DNA of 64,000 bases, from assembly GCA_009991595.1 (NCBI GenBank), contig JAACVK010000030.1:11262-75261 (forward strand). The letters are read 5' to 3'. The translations under genes were made by a program, and so were the position numbers. The notes beneath the pieces were generated by a model that was not told the DNA's origin, made no database searches, and worked only from the letters and a program-made list of their open reading frames with translations. Shown piece after piece: positions 47,205 to 58,700 of the stretch. Source of the stretch: a bacterium. Its GTDB lineage: Bacteria; Bdellovibrionota; UBA2428. Every line of letters begins with the position of its first letter. The stretch's first letter is position 1.

Positions 47205-49145
47205 CTAACTACCCTTGGGCTTAAACAACCATGGGTAATCCACAGTCGCCGTCGACCCTCCTCTTGGTGAAGGGAAAGTCCAAGTCCTCAATCTTGCTTT
47301 GATACAATTCACGAGAGCACTGCTACCAGTCGTATTTTGCGCTGTCGAAACCGCCGTAGCTTTGCCACCTCCGATGATTGTCCATTGCAGCTTGATCTTT
47401 CCGAAGACACTTGGATTTCGCTGCAGCTCTGCTTGATAGCAAGCTTTGATTTCGTTGATGTGGGCACGAATCACCCTCTCAATCTCTTCGCGAGTAAGAG
47501 AACCAACCACGGACACTCCCACACTTTCAGAAGAAACATCGGCCTCACCTTTACCAGGAAGAGATCCAACACCATCACCCTTGGCACCGCCACCAAAACC
47601 TTGAGTCCCTAAACCGCCCACACCAACAGCTTTTCCACCGCCGCCTTGAGCCGCACCTTGTAGTCCAGAGCCACCACTACCGCGAGCGCTTCGAATTCCT
47701 CCACCACCAGTGCCTTGCAAAGCTTTATCCAAGGAATCTTGTCCAGCAGCTCCAGCATCTCCGGTGGCTTTCGCCACTCTTGCACCAATGCCACTGTTCT
47801 TTAAGCTCTCAAGCAAGGTTTGCTTCTTTATAGGCTTCCTTTGAACAGACTTCGTCTTTACTGGTCGAGTAGCTTTCTTTGGAGCATCTTGCGTTTTTGT
47901 TTTCGCAATTTTTGGTCGATTCGTAATGCCAGTGGCGGCCTTCGCGGTTTTCTCACCTCGCTTGCCCTCTGTTCCGGCTTCCTTAGCTCCTTGAGCCTCG
48001 TTACCACCTTTTTGTGGCTTAGGAGTTACTTTCTGGGCGTTCTCCGCACCAGACTTTTCCTCACTGACTTCAACCTTCTTCTCGGCCTTCTTTTTATAAG
48101 CTTCTACAATAATTTTACGATACTTCTCAGGAAACTCTTTCACCTGCCCTTCTATGGGAGCCCTCATCAGCAATCCAAACACACCCAAGGCACAGGCCAT
48201 TAGAATAGCAATCGCAAGGGAACCCCAATAGAGTTTTCCTTGATCGAAAAGAGGCGCTCTTGGAATACGCGGAGGCTCGGGAACAAACATAATAAAGAAG
48301 TTCACAGAACCAACCTGAATCTTAGCGATGTCAGAACCACTCAAGTTCACACTACTTTGGCCAATTTTAGCTAAGTCAGCTCCCGTATACATGTTTCCCT
48401 GATGCCGAACCGAAGCCTTCATCACAGGGTGCAAATGCAAAGTCGCTAAATTGTTTTTCAATTCAACAAAAAGAAATTTGTTAGGGAACTCCGTAACAGG
48501 AACAATATAGTCCGATTCAATCCCATCGCCGATGTATATACTCTTACTATCTTTTTTATAATGCTCGACCGCAAGAACAGCTTCTTCCCAATAAACAGTC
48601 AATTCCATTTCTTCGTGAGGCTTACTGGTAGGATCGAGCGCTCCTCTTGTGCGAGCCGTTTCCTTTAAAGAACGAATAACGGTGGCTTCTCGAGGTGTCT
48701 GAACAGACACAGAACCTTGAGGGTCCAGTGCAACTTGAGACGACGAAGCCCCCTCAAAGGGCGCTCTTTCAACGCTAGCTCTTGGAGCCACAATGCTTGG
48801 GTCTTTCGGCTTAGGAACAGCGGTTAACGTAGGGTAAACCTCGTATTCAAGATTAACTTCAATGTCGGCAAGCTTAAGCGAGTCTCCCGCTTTTAAAATT
48901 CGCTCAACAACCCGGTCTCCATTTACAAATGTTCCATGAGTAGAAGCTAGATCTGTGATTCGATAGTGACCATCTTCTAAATTCTCAATTAATGCGTGGA
49001 TTCGAGAAACCCTCATACTTGGTATGCGAAGATCTGCAGAAAGAATTCGACCCAAGATAATCTTATCTTGTTGAAACTGCTTTTTAACCAACTGCTTGCC
49101 ATTTTCAATAACGGTGATGGTGATGCTTGGGGTGATTTTGCTCAT
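47205..49145 (-). CDS. FHA-domain protein with single TM, Gly/Ala/Lys-rich linker and TonB-like (AgmX/PglI-type) C-terminal domain (GltG/PglI-like)
   Basis: N-terminal FHA (ILGRILSADLRIPSMRVSRIHALIEN ... GTFVNGDRV). TM segment LYWGSLAIAILMACALGVFGLL. ~200 aa of G/A/K low complexity. C-terminal ~95 aa with two conserved Cys (NEIKACY ... LVNCIKARL). Confidence 0.68.
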   Translation of the reverse strand: MSKITPSITITVIENGKQLVKKQFQQDKIILGRILSADLRIPSMRVSRIHALIENLEDGHYRITDLASTHGTFVNGDRVVERILKAGDSLKLADIEVNLEYEVYPTLTAVPKPKDPSIVAPRASVERAPFEGASSSQVALDPQGSVSVQTPREATVIRSLKETARTRGALDPTSKPHEEMELTVYWEEAVLAVEHYKKDSKSIYIGDGIESDYIVPVTEFPNKFLFVELKNNLATLHLHPVMKASVRHQGNMYTGADLAKIGQSSVNLSGSDIAKIQVGSVNFFIMFVPEPPRIPRAPLFDQGKLYWGSLAIAILMACALGVFGLLMRAPIEGQVKEFPEKYRKIIVEAYKKKAEKKVEVSEEKSGAENAQKVTPKPQKGGNEAQGAKEAGTEGKRGEKTAKAATGITNRPKIAKTKTQDAPKKATRPVKTKSVQRKPIKKQTLLESLKNSGIGARVAKATGDAGAAGQDSLDKALQGTGGGGIRSARGSGGSGLQGAAQGGGGKAVGVGGLGTQGFGGGAKGDGVGSLPGKGEADVSSESVGVSVVGSLTREEIERVIRAHINEIKACYQAELQRNPSVFGKIKLQWTIIGGGKATAVSTAQNTTGSSALVNCIKARLRTWTFPSPRGGSTATVDYPWLFKPKGS

Positions 49146-49148
49146 TTC

Positions 49149-49457
49149 TTATTTTCCTTCAAATCCAGCCGTAGCCAGGCTTTCGACTCTGTAAGATCTT
49201 CTTTCTGGAATTAAGTTCACATTTCTTCGAGAGGGTCGTTGCCCCAAAACACCCTGCGTAGGGGTATAAGGCTGCCCTTTTACGTCGGTCCCCGAAAAAG
49301 AAAAGTATTGTTTCTTAGGAATCTTTACAATCCCGTCCTTGGTCTTTCTCACAATCCAACCTTCTTCTCTGTTAGCACCACTTTTATAACGATCACTTTG
49401 CGCAGACACCATCCAAGAAGAGCCCAACAAAACCCCAAGAAGAAAAACTACTCTCAT
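49149..49457 (-). CDS. small secreted protein (GltF-like position)
   Basis: 102 aa, signal peptide MRVVFLLGVLLGSSWMVSA. Translationally coupled between the TPR protein and the FHA protein. Confidence 0.45.
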   Translation of the reverse strand: MRVVFLLGVLLGSSWMVSAQSDRYKSGANREEGWIVRKTKDGIVKIPKKQYFSFSGTDVKGQPYTPTQGVLGQRPSRRNVNLIPERRSYRVESLATAGFEGK

Positions 49458-52400
49458 TTTTTACTCCATTCTGAAATTAATCGCCTTGAAAGGTGATTCA
49501 TAGGCGGATTAAAACGGCTAACAAAGGCCTTCATACTTTCGGTAGCCTCTTTGAACTTAGCGGCCTCGGCGAAGGCGAGTGAGCGATTAAAGTAGGCAGA
49601 TGAATTGTTTTCATTCTTAGAAATGGATCGATCAAAGTTCTCGGTGGCATCTTCAAACTTCTTTCGTCCAACTAGAGCTAGACCTCTCATCTCAGCAACC
49701 TGAGAGTCGTTTTCATCCATACTAGACAACACATTCCATGCACCATCTACATCGCCAACTTGTAGGCGAATCGCAGCCAAGTTCTTCATGGCGGCGGTTC
49801 TCACTCCAGAAAGTTCAGAATCCGATCTATTTGCAATGGAAGAAAACTCATTTTCAGCTGCTTGGCCATTGCCTAAATTCCAGTCCAACAAGGCAGACAT
49901 ATTTTCAATGTAAGCAATTTCCTTTTGATCCTTAGGTGGCTTCGCACCATCCATTAGATCGACACCTAAAAGAAAGACTCCTTCATTATTCTTTTCAAAA
50001 GCTTGAGAAAGAACAACCATCAGAGAACGCTCATGTTTAGAATTATCCAAAGGAATCCAACGAGGCGTTCCAACCAGATAGTCTTTCAAAATAACTTCAT
50101 CAGGGTTAATCGCCGCAAGATCGCCTCGACAAGAAGTCAATCCATCTCCAGCAATCTTGAATTCAACCGCCTTCTCAAAGCACTTACGAAGAAGAGTTAA
50201 ACCCTTCTCACGTAAAGGCTTCGCATAGTTATCTTCCAAGATTTGCTTAGATTCTTTGTCTTGAGACTTAGCAATCTCTTGGGCGAAGTCGCGGTAAAGA
50301 GATGAAATTCTCTGCAGGCTTCGTAGCGCATATTCACCGTCACCGTAAGAAACTACCTTCAGATACTCTTTCTCTAGCCCCTCGAGCGAAGCAAGCTTTC
50401 GCTTCAGTGACGTTACAAAACGAGCAGGATTAAAATCCAAACGAACTCTAGAGTAAGAAGCAAAAGAAGGCTCGGTCAGAGAGAACTGCGCATTGGCCAA
50501 AGCTTGCTTCAACAACGCTGTATTGGCTCTTGCTGGGGAATTCTTACTCACCATCGACTTCATATAAGAAGATTTTCCAGTTCTGATATAAATAACCGTT
50601 TCGGCTTCAGCTAACAAAGCCCGTTCAGAAGCAGACAACCTAGGTAGTTTCTTAAGGTTATTCAAATCCTGGAGATTAGCACCATTCCTGAAAGCTAAGA
50701 GACTTACAATAAACTCTCTGTTCTTAGAGTTAGGATACTTTTTCAAGTGACCCCAAGCCTGATTGAGCAAAGTTTTAGAAGCACTCTTTCGGGGCTTAAA
50801 CTCCTTCAATACGACGTTTTCAAAATGGGCTTGAATATAGAGAATGTTCCATTCCGCGGTCTCACGAGCCTCTTTATCAGACTTGTAAGTCGCTAAGAAT
50901 TTCTGATAACGTCTTTGGGCATCTCTAAACTGGCCCTTCTCGATCGCTTCATCGGCATCCTTTAGATAGACGTTCTTAGCAAAGTCAGACTTGGGAAAAG
51001 CAGCCAAAAGCGCCGCACTCGCCTTCTGCTCCAACTCTTTATTACCCGATTTCTGAGCGAAGACATGAGCATTGTTTAATGCCTTTTCCTTCAAATCTAC
51101 TGGGAAGCTATTAGCCGCCTCAAGAAAAGCTTCGGACTTGCGTTCCTGATCGCCTGAAGAGGCTTCTGGCATCTTTTCCAACTTTTTAAAACGAGCGTTG
51201 TTAACAATGCCATTTAACTTAGCAACAAAGGTAGGACCACCTGCCTTAACAAGAGCTTCGTTCTTTCTATAAGAATCTGCAGTGTCGACAACTTTATCCA
51301 GGTCACCATTCCTCTCGTGAATAAACAGAACTCGCTCGGCAGCCTCAACCCCCTTGGTAGTTCCTGGAAACTTTTGAACAACATTCTCAAGAGTCCCTAA
51401 AGCAGCCGCATAGGACCCACTCTGAAATGCCTCGAAGGCTCCTGCATACAAAAGGTCGCCAGCACGTTTGTCATTAGGATATTCTTTAACAAACTCCTCG
51501 GTTGCGGCGATCATATCTTTCGAATATTTTTTATCCTTCTTCGCAGCTTCTCGATAAGCCAGTATTCGATTATAGGCTGCCACAGTTTCATACTTGCCTT
51601 TACCAATCTCGGTATAGGCCTCTGCAGCTTGAGGAAATCGCCCCAACTTATAAAGAAGTTCTGCGTAGAAAAAACGCATTTCATGAATATTAGCGTCGGT
51701 ATCGGGATTCGGCTTTGGGACACTCTTAAAATAGACCTGATACAGAGGTAGAGATGCTAGATAAAGTGAATTTCCCTTACGACGTTGTGCTAGATTATGC
51801 AGGTTCTTAGCTTCGCGACGAGAAAGATCGACGAGTTCTTTCACTAAGGCTTTCTTTTCTTCACTAGACATTTTCTGCCTGGATAGCCACTTTGAGTCTT
51901 CGCCATAATTGACAAAAATGGAATCTAAAGCTTTTGCATAGTCGCTTAATTTTCCAAACTTACGTAAAAGATCGGCTTGCTCCAAAGCAATGTCTCGAGC
52001 ATCAGGAGCATAAGGATCCGTTTTAATAAGCGCACCAAAGAAGTATTGTGCCACTCTATAGTGACCTTTATCTTTAGCCACTTGAGCTGCTGTCTGCTGA
52101 TACAGCTTTAACATTTCTTTGTCGCCACGGTCTTTGAAGTAGGATTCCCCTGTAGAATACTTGCCGGCCATGGCATAGGCTCGGGTTAAGTCCGCAAGAG
52201 CTTCTTGTTCAAAGAGAATCTTCTTTTTACTTTTTGATCCAGAAGACTCTTCAATTGTTCTTCTAAAGGCCTGAATAGACTTGTTGTAACTTTGTAAATT
52301 AAAATAACTCCAAGCAGTCTTGTAGAGTGCATATATTTTTACATCCGCAGCGTTTTCATCTTTCTGCTTGTCGGAATCACGAACCACGATCAAATACTCT

Positions 52401-53143
52401 GGGAGTGCGTTTCTAAATTTACCTTCTTCAAAGTAGAGATCTGCTAGATTAAGTCGGGCTTGGTAGGTTCTTTGACTTTTAGGAAACTTACGAGTCAGCT
52501 CATAAAAGTGAGGAATAGCTTGTTTCTTCTTATTTAGCTCCATATAAGTAGAAGCCAAGTAAAAGAGGACGTCATCCCGTCGAATCATCTGAGATCGACC
52601 TTGGTCCCGCCCACGACTCGCTTTTTCCAAACTCAGGTAAAGTCCCAAAGTCTTCTGCCTAAAACGATCAGCCTTAGGAGTTCGCAACTCTGGGCGCTTA
52701 TACTTAGCCTTCTCTTCAGGCTTAAGCCCCTCCCATTGCTGAAGCTTTCGCTCCCAATCACTTGATTCCCGCGCAGCAATAATCTGCGACTGATCGTAAT
52801 ACAACTCAGCCAAACGCATCTTTAGTTCACCTAAACGCTTTGCCTGTCTTTCTCTTTTTATAAGAACTTCGATTTTCCCTATAAGCTCTGCCGTTTTTTG
52901 GTTAGCTCGCATGCGACGAGCATTATCCAAATCTAGATCTTCAGAGAAGATATTCGGATTTTTCTTATAGGTAATACTCTTACTGATAATAACCGGCCGC
53001 CTTGAGATAGTAACAGACTCACGGCCAATTCTAGACTCACCCTTTGCTTCTTTAGGAATGTTCCACTCTCTAGTTTGAGCAGCACTCCCATTCACACTAC
53101 CAATCACTATAGCCAATACTAAATGTCTAGATAAACTCTTCAT
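49454..53143 (-). CDS. large secreted tetratricopeptide-repeat protein (AgmU/GltD-like)
   Basis: 1229 aa, signal peptide, many TPR-like helical repeats throughout (e.g. ARLNLADLYFEEGKFRNALPEYLIV). Overlaps neighbouring genes at both ends. Confidence 0.68.
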   Translation of the reverse strand: MKSLSRHLVLAIVIGSVNGSAAQTREWNIPKEAKGESRIGRESVTISRRPVIISKSITYKKNPNIFSEDLDLDNARRMRANQKTAELIGKIEVLIKRERQAKRLGELKMRLAELYYDQSQIIAARESSDWERKLQQWEGLKPEEKAKYKRPELRTPKADRFRQKTLGLYLSLEKASRGRDQGRSQMIRRDDVLFYLASTYMELNKKKQAIPHFYELTRKFPKSQRTYQARLNLADLYFEEGKFRNALPEYLIVVRDSDKQKDENAADVKIYALYKTAWSYFNLQSYNKSIQAFRRTIEESSGSKSKKKILFEQEALADLTRAYAMAGKYSTGESYFKDRGDKEMLKLYQQTAAQVAKDKGHYRVAQYFFGALIKTDPYAPDARDIALEQADLLRKFGKLSDYAKALDSIFVNYGEDSKWLSRQKMSSEEKKALVKELVDLSRREAKNLHNLAQRRKGNSLYLASLPLYQVYFKSVPKPNPDTDANIHEMRFFYAELLYKLGRFPQAAEAYTEIGKGKYETVAAYNRILAYREAAKKDKKYSKDMIAATEEFVKEYPNDKRAGDLLYAGAFEAFQSGSYAAALGTLENVVQKFPGTTKGVEAAERVLFIHERNGDLDKVVDTADSYRKNEALVKAGGPTFVAKLNGIVNNARFKKLEKMPEASSGDQERKSEAFLEAANSFPVDLKEKALNNAHVFAQKSGNKELEQKASAALLAAFPKSDFAKNVYLKDADEAIEKGQFRDAQRRYQKFLATYKSDKEARETAEWNILYIQAHFENVVLKEFKPRKSASKTLLNQAWGHLKKYPNSKNREFIVSLLAFRNGANLQDLNNLKKLPRLSASERALLAEAETVIYIRTGKSSYMKSMVSKNSPARANTALLKQALANAQFSLTEPSFASYSRVRLDFNPARFVTSLKRKLASLEGLEKEYLKVVSYGDGEYALRSLQRISSLYRDFAQEIAKSQDKESKQILEDNYAKPLREKGLTLLRKCFEKAVEFKIAGDGLTSCRGDLAAINPDEVILKDYLVGTPRWIPLDNSKHERSLMVVLSQAFEKNNEGVFLLGVDLMDGAKPPKDQKEIAYIENMSALLDWNLGNGQAAENEFSSIANRSDSELSGVRTAAMKNLAAIRLQVGDVDGAWNVLSSMDENDSQVAEMRGLALVGRKKFEDATENFDRSISKNENNSSAYFNRSLAFAEAAKFKEATESMKAFVSRFNPPMNHLSRRLISEWSKK

Positions 53144-54594
53144 TAGCGCCCCTCACAAACGTCAGACGTCGCAAACGCGTAGCTCCCTGTTTCGTCTCGC
53201 CAGAACTCACCTTCGAAAGGCCAAAATTCAAATCCTTTTTTGACTTCACGATCAAAGTCAATTTCCTTCCGTTGAGGTGTCTTACCACTCAATAGTCGAT
53301 CCCTAATACGAGTGTTCACTTCAACATCAACGGCCAAGGCGCCTTCAAGCGCTTCCCGAGTTTCCATACTCATATGATTTAAGAAGCGGCCAACAAAACG
53401 CGACGCCCTTCTATAGTATTCAGAATTCGCACTTTTAAGGGCCCCCAGATAAGCATTTCGAATGCTCGAAAACTGACCCCCATTTAGATTCTGCTCAACC
53501 CAAGCTTTCTCTTGAGCAACTAAAGTCAAACTCTGATCTAGATCTGCTATAACCTGCTCTGTAAGCAGTCCATCGACAATGAGATCCCAGTCGCTTTGAG
53601 GAATTCCTCTTTGGCTAGCAGTCTTCCCTCGAGCATAACCTCCAAGGATATTCATCAATTGAACCGGATTCTTCGAGTAAGAGGAAAATCGCGATATAGA
53701 AGAAGACAAAGTGCGATACTTATTGCGAAGTTTATTGATCGAGCGCTGGGAAGACTCATAATAGCAAAGTCGATAAAGAACGGCTGATTCTAGAAGAAAA
53801 CTTTCTGGATTGAATTTTTTTGCTAGATAGGGAGAATGAGTATTCATCAAGATCCCTAGGGCGAGGTTATAGTCCTTTAAGTAGTATGCAGACCAAGCAC
53901 CCACCATCTGCCCTTGATACCAAGAAGCTGAGGTTTTAGGCAAGTAGAGTAACTCATCCAAGACATCGGAATATCTCTTGGCATCGAATAACAACCTTGC
54001 CCTTTGTAGACGGATGACACCGAGGTCAAAATTAATACCCTTTTGATATTCAGCACCGAGAAGATTCATAGAAGCATCATATCGACCCATGGCCAAATGA
54101 ATTCCCGCCCCTCCCAACAAAGCACGATAACTGGGTGCCGCTGGAGGCAAAGCAAGTAGACGATTGTTTGCCGGAAGTGCAGAGGACGCCGCCCTTAAGT
54201 TTCCTTGGTTCAAACGCCCAATCGCATAGGCTGCCTGCAAAGGAACGGGAGCTCTATTGACTCGAGAAGCACTCAACCCCAACACCGGGTTAAAGCGACC
54301 AATCAAGAGGCTCAAATTTCCCAGTTTTCCATCGTTATTTTGGTCACGGCGAAAAGAAGACAAGCGCGCTCGCTCTTGAATGGCTAAATGATACAAACCT
54401 AAGCGCTCAAGCAAACTGGCGCGAAAAGATATCTCCCTAGGACTTCTTGAACTACTTCCTCTAGGCGAGGAAACAAAAGTCTTGAAGGCACCCGCCATGT
54501 CCTTTTTTGCGATCTGTTTTTTTAGTTCGGCAGTATTCTGAGCAGAAGCACTCAAAGCCAGAATAGACAAAGTTAATAATGATAACTTTTTCAT
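53143..54594 (-). CDS. secreted helical-repeat protein (AglT/GltE-like candidate)
   Basis: 483 aa, signal peptide MKKLSLLTLSILALSASA, helical repeat-like composition. ATGA overlap with the downstream TPR gene. Confidence 0.5.
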   Translation of the reverse strand: MKKLSLLTLSILALSASAQNTAELKKQIAKKDMAGAFKTFVSSPRGSSSRSPREISFRASLLERLGLYHLAIQERARLSSFRRDQNNDGKLGNLSLLIGRFNPVLGLSASRVNRAPVPLQAAYAIGRLNQGNLRAASSALPANNRLLALPPAAPSYRALLGGAGIHLAMGRYDASMNLLGAEYQKGINFDLGVIRLQRARLLFDAKRYSDVLDELLYLPKTSASWYQGQMVGAWSAYYLKDYNLALGILMNTHSPYLAKKFNPESFLLESAVLYRLCYYESSQRSINKLRNKYRTLSSSISRFSSYSKNPVQLMNILGGYARGKTASQRGIPQSDWDLIVDGLLTEQVIADLDQSLTLVAQEKAWVEQNLNGGQFSSIRNAYLGALKSANSEYYRRASRFVGRFLNHMSMETREALEGALAVDVEVNTRIRDRLLSGKTPQRKEIDFDREVKKGFEFWPFEGEFWRDETGSYAFATSDVCEGR

Positions 54595-55484
54595 CGATCT
54601 TCTCCTCCTAGCAAGAAGGCGGCACCGACTAAAATATTCACTCGGTGATCAGAGGCATTGTCGAAGTCATAGTAATCTCTAACTTCCGTCTTCAACATTG
54701 CGCGAGGGTTAAGAAAGATTCGAATTCCTCCGCCCCCCATCACCATGGCCGATCCACCATTTTCGAATTTAGTGTAACCGCCGCCAAGGAGCATATAACC
54801 CTCGAAATGATATATGCTCTCGATCGTTGCCGCCTTAGACTTAAACGGAGCCCACTGAAGCGATGCCCCCGCACTCAAAACTGGCTCCACACGTTCGGTC
54901 TCCAATCGAGCATTCTTCAAAAGATTCTCAGAAAGTCCGGTCTTAATATTTGTGGTGGCTGTCAGATGCAAAGCTTCAATGCCGAAAGACTCCGAAAAAT
55001 TGTAAATGTAAGAGAAGCCAAGCTGCAGCTGCTTACGGAAACTATCCGCAGGCTGAACACCGAGCACCAAGGGAGTAAGTTCATGGGTGTTACGCTTTCG
55101 AATGTAACGATGTTGAACAACAAAGATATGTTCAAACGGAATTTGTCGAGGACCTCGAACGATTTCATCGACTTCTTCAAGAGCCGATTCTTTCGCTTTT
55201 ATTTCTTCGAACTCAAGTTCATCTTGAGAAGGCTTCGTTCGCTCTTCAATCTCCGTTTTACGGGGAAGAGAGGCACTCTCCTCGGATTCAGTGCTTGCTC
55301 CACTACCCTCCCACTCGGGAGCTTCAGAAGAAGCGGAGGATGAATTGTAAGAAGGCGTCGACGTGCCGCCTTGAAGAATCTCACGCTCCAACTCCTCCAA
55401 AGACTGTGCCTGACCGTTAAAAGCCACACCGAATGCAAAAAAATAAAAAAGTGCAGTTTTGATGCTAACCCCAAATAAATTCAA
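54591..55484 (-). CDS. secreted protein with acidic Ser/Glu-rich region and C-terminal beta-rich domain (possible outer-membrane beta-barrel of the Glt-like cluster)
   Basis: Signal peptide. Acidic low-complexity stretch (SSSASSEAPEWEGSGASTESEESAS). Alternating hydrophobic pattern and Gly-rich turns in the last ~200 aa. Confidence 0.45.
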   Translation of the reverse strand: MNLFGVSIKTALFYFFAFGVAFNGQAQSLEELEREILQGGTSTPSYNSSSASSEAPEWEGSGASTESEESASLPRKTEIEERTKPSQDELEFEEIKAKESALEEVDEIVRGPRQIPFEHIFVVQHRYIRKRNTHELTPLVLGVQPADSFRKQLQLGFSYIYNFSESFGIEALHLTATTNIKTGLSENLLKNARLETERVEPVLSAGASLQWAPFKSKAATIESIYHFEGYMLLGGGYTKFENGGSAMVMGGGGIRIFLNPRAMLKTEVRDYYDFDNASDHRVNILVGAAFLLGGEDR

Positions 55485-55744
55485 AACTTCGCCCCCTATA
55501 GAATAATCTACACGGGGCTAGGCCTAAGGCGTAAGCGTAGGAGCGGCAAATATTGAACATTTCCGTGAAATCTCACGGCGTGTCAGACACCTAGAGACAA
55601 AGGCTTGGCTAACTTAAACAAGTTGAATAGGCAGCTGGATCCTCACATCGGTTAAATGGTGCAGCCGGGAGAGGAAAAGAGGAAAAAAGTGAAATTCACT
55701 TAATAAAATTGGAAACTAAGCCGATTAGAAACACTGAGAAAAAC

Positions 55745-58700
55745 ATGTTTATCAATTGGAAAAAATTTCTACTTTGGGCAGGATTCGCAACTTGTTCGTT
55801 GAGTTTTTCAACTGAAGCGGAACATGAATCCAAATATCAAGAAGCTACCTTCAAAGATCAACACAAAGATTTAACGGAAGATTCCATAGCAAAATGGATC
55901 TTCAATTTTCTAGGGTGCTCAGACGAAACGACAGAAATGGAACTTCGCTACATTCGAAGTTTTTTCATCAATGGCGCGACCACATTCAAGAAAGATGGAT
56001 CCGATAAAACTGCCGCAGGTTATTCTGTTGAAGAGAGCTTAAAAAGATATTTTAAAGAACAAGATCTCAATTCAGATAAAGATCTTTTAGCCTTGATCAG
56101 TATTAGAAAATTCTTATGGAATGGCAAAGAAGAGGACCTACAACTTTTCATGAAATACAAACAGCAAATTCTATCTAGTCTAGCTCTAAAATGCTATGGA
56201 GAAACCGTGGAACCTCGCGCGATTTTAGACGCAAACACACACGACAAAGCACCGCCAATTGAAGTTCCCAAAGCGATTCCCCTGCAATCAGAAACTGAAA
56301 TTCTCGAAGAGATTTATCGATCAGAAACGGCTTCAGGATCAATTGCTTCACTGGTAGCTCACACGATTGGTTGTGAGTCTGAGGTTAGGAATCGCGCACT
56401 CGAACTAGCTAAAGCAAAATATTTTGAACAGATACCCTCCGAATCAAAACGCAAGGAAAGCTGGACCCTCTACTCGAATTTAAAGATACACATTAAAGAA
56501 ATTTTCGGAGAAGATCGTGACTGGGCCGACACCGATTTCATCCCCTTTTACCGATATTTTTCACTGGAAGCCTATGACACAAGCTCACTAGACGAAGCCA
56601 TCAAAAGCATTGAATCCAAAGTTGAAAACTTCAAAACTAAAGGTTGCTACGACAAACTTCAAAAGGACTACAATAGACGAAAAGCTGCCGAAGAAGAAAA
56701 AAAGAGACTAGCAGCCGCTCAAGCAAAGCTTGAGAAAGAAGAAGAAAAGAAAACGGCAGAACAACTTCACCAACTAGAAAAAAGCGCGGAAGTAGGAAGC
56801 TTCAAAATTCCCACCCTAAGCGAAGAAGACCTACAACGACTTGAAGGTCGTCACATAGAAGAATACGTCCCATATAAGGAAACGGAAGAACACATAAATT
56901 GGATTGACTCCCACCTTCAAGAACTACGCTGTAAAGACGATGTAGAGCCTGCCATCTGGAACCTCATGGCCGATTTACAGAAAAAGAACAAAGAAATCTC
57001 TCAAAAAGAGGTTCACGATGCCATCCTCAATTTTTACGCCCGAGAACTCAATGAGAGAAACGTGGAGGTTATATCAAACCAACAATCCACAGCCAGGCTG
57101 AGGGTGAGTGCTGAAGTCAATTTACTTAGGACAAAAGCTCTCATCGAGGCTCTAAAGAATCTTTCTGAAAAACCCCAAAAATTTCAGTTTAACAAAGACG
57201 CTTGGCACGCCGGAACGCCTGGGCTTTGGACTAAAAGTTCAGAAAGCTCAAAACCAGTGAGAAAATTCATGTATGAGGACGTTTTTGAGAACCGAACCCT
57301 TAAGCCTGCTGACGCAAGTACAGCAGATTGGTCTAAGAACGCAGCTTGGTATTGGGCAAAAATGGAAGAGGACCTTATACACGAACTCGACCAAAAGGTG
57401 GGAAGAATCAATGACTGGTCGGAACGTATACCTGATAAGCGAGACCGAGTGGTTCACGATCTACTTAACCCCGATCCTGACACTGAATCGCTTTTAGATA
57501 ATCTCAATGCAAAAGTCTATGGCGGAAAGGCTTACCTACCCAAAAAGACTGATGACCACTATAAGAATGCTACCAATGCTACCGAAACTAGAACACCATT
57601 TAACAACCTAACCAAAGCTCACCTGGAAAACATAAAAGACCAAATTATTCCTAGACTAGAGCAGCATATCGCACAATTAAATGAGATTATCCAAAACGGC
57701 GCAGACTTAAAAGAAGAAAGTCGGCAAGTAGTTAGACCAGAATTAGAAAAAGCACTTGCACCACTCCACGGCCTAAGCAGTCAAGTCCTTAAAGCCTCGT
57801 CTACAGGTGAACTAAGCTCCTTATCCATCGGCGAAACCTCTGAAGGACCAACGGACACCATTCAACAGAGCATCCCCCGAATTCAAGAACTTCTTAGTCA
57901 GTGGGGACTACTTTCCGATTGCGCGGGTCTAGCCCAAAAATCAGAAGCAGCCGAAGGACTTGACTTCCGCATTCATCAAAACAGTCCGCGCTTAGGTGTG
58001 GCCCCAGGAAATCACGACAATCTAAATCCACAAGAACTCGCAAAAGAATTAGCACAGGCCTTGCAGTGTAAGAAAGACATCTCACCCACAATTTGGAATC
58101 TTGCTGAGAGATTACGGTCTTCTTCCGTAAATCCAAGCGAGCTCAATCAAGCTCTGTTAAAAGAATTTCAAGATAGACAAAAAGAACAACAAAAGAACCT
58201 AAACTCTACAGACAATCCACTCGCAAAAGCAAAACAAAATAGAGCGATGCTTGCTGAAATCTCCGAACGTCTTCCCAAGCTCGCCATCCTTGAAGAGCTA
58301 GCGCAGAACGCAGAAAGCTCGTATAAAAAGTTCCCAATGACATTTGGCTTTGACGAAGAGAACCCTGGAAACTCTGTTGAGTTCTATAATTTAGCTTCCT
58401 CATTGAACGACACTCTTCTAGACTCATTTAAACCTGATAGCTTTCGAGTTCGAAGCAGTTTAGAGGATTCAATCGACTCAGACGGCAAACGACTACCCTC
58501 TTCAGAGTTAAAGACATTGAATTCGCTGATCACTCAGTTCTGGATTCCAACTGAGGACGAAAAACAACTCGGCGACTTTCAAGTCAATGGCCGGCACATT
58601 GAACAACTCAAAACCGACGACCCTGTAAGGCAACATCTTCAAAAAATGCGAAAACTAGAAACGGAGCTCATCTCTCAAAGAGAAAAAGCTAAAAAGTATC

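Noticed and set aside
54645-55343. A 232-aa + strand ORF overlapping the 54591-55484 minus-strand gene
   Set aside because: The minus-strand frame has a signal peptide and is translationally coupled to the downstream cluster. The + strand product (MIRGIVEVIVISNF...) has no motifs and an odd composition. It was judged a shadow ORF, though neither frame is proven.
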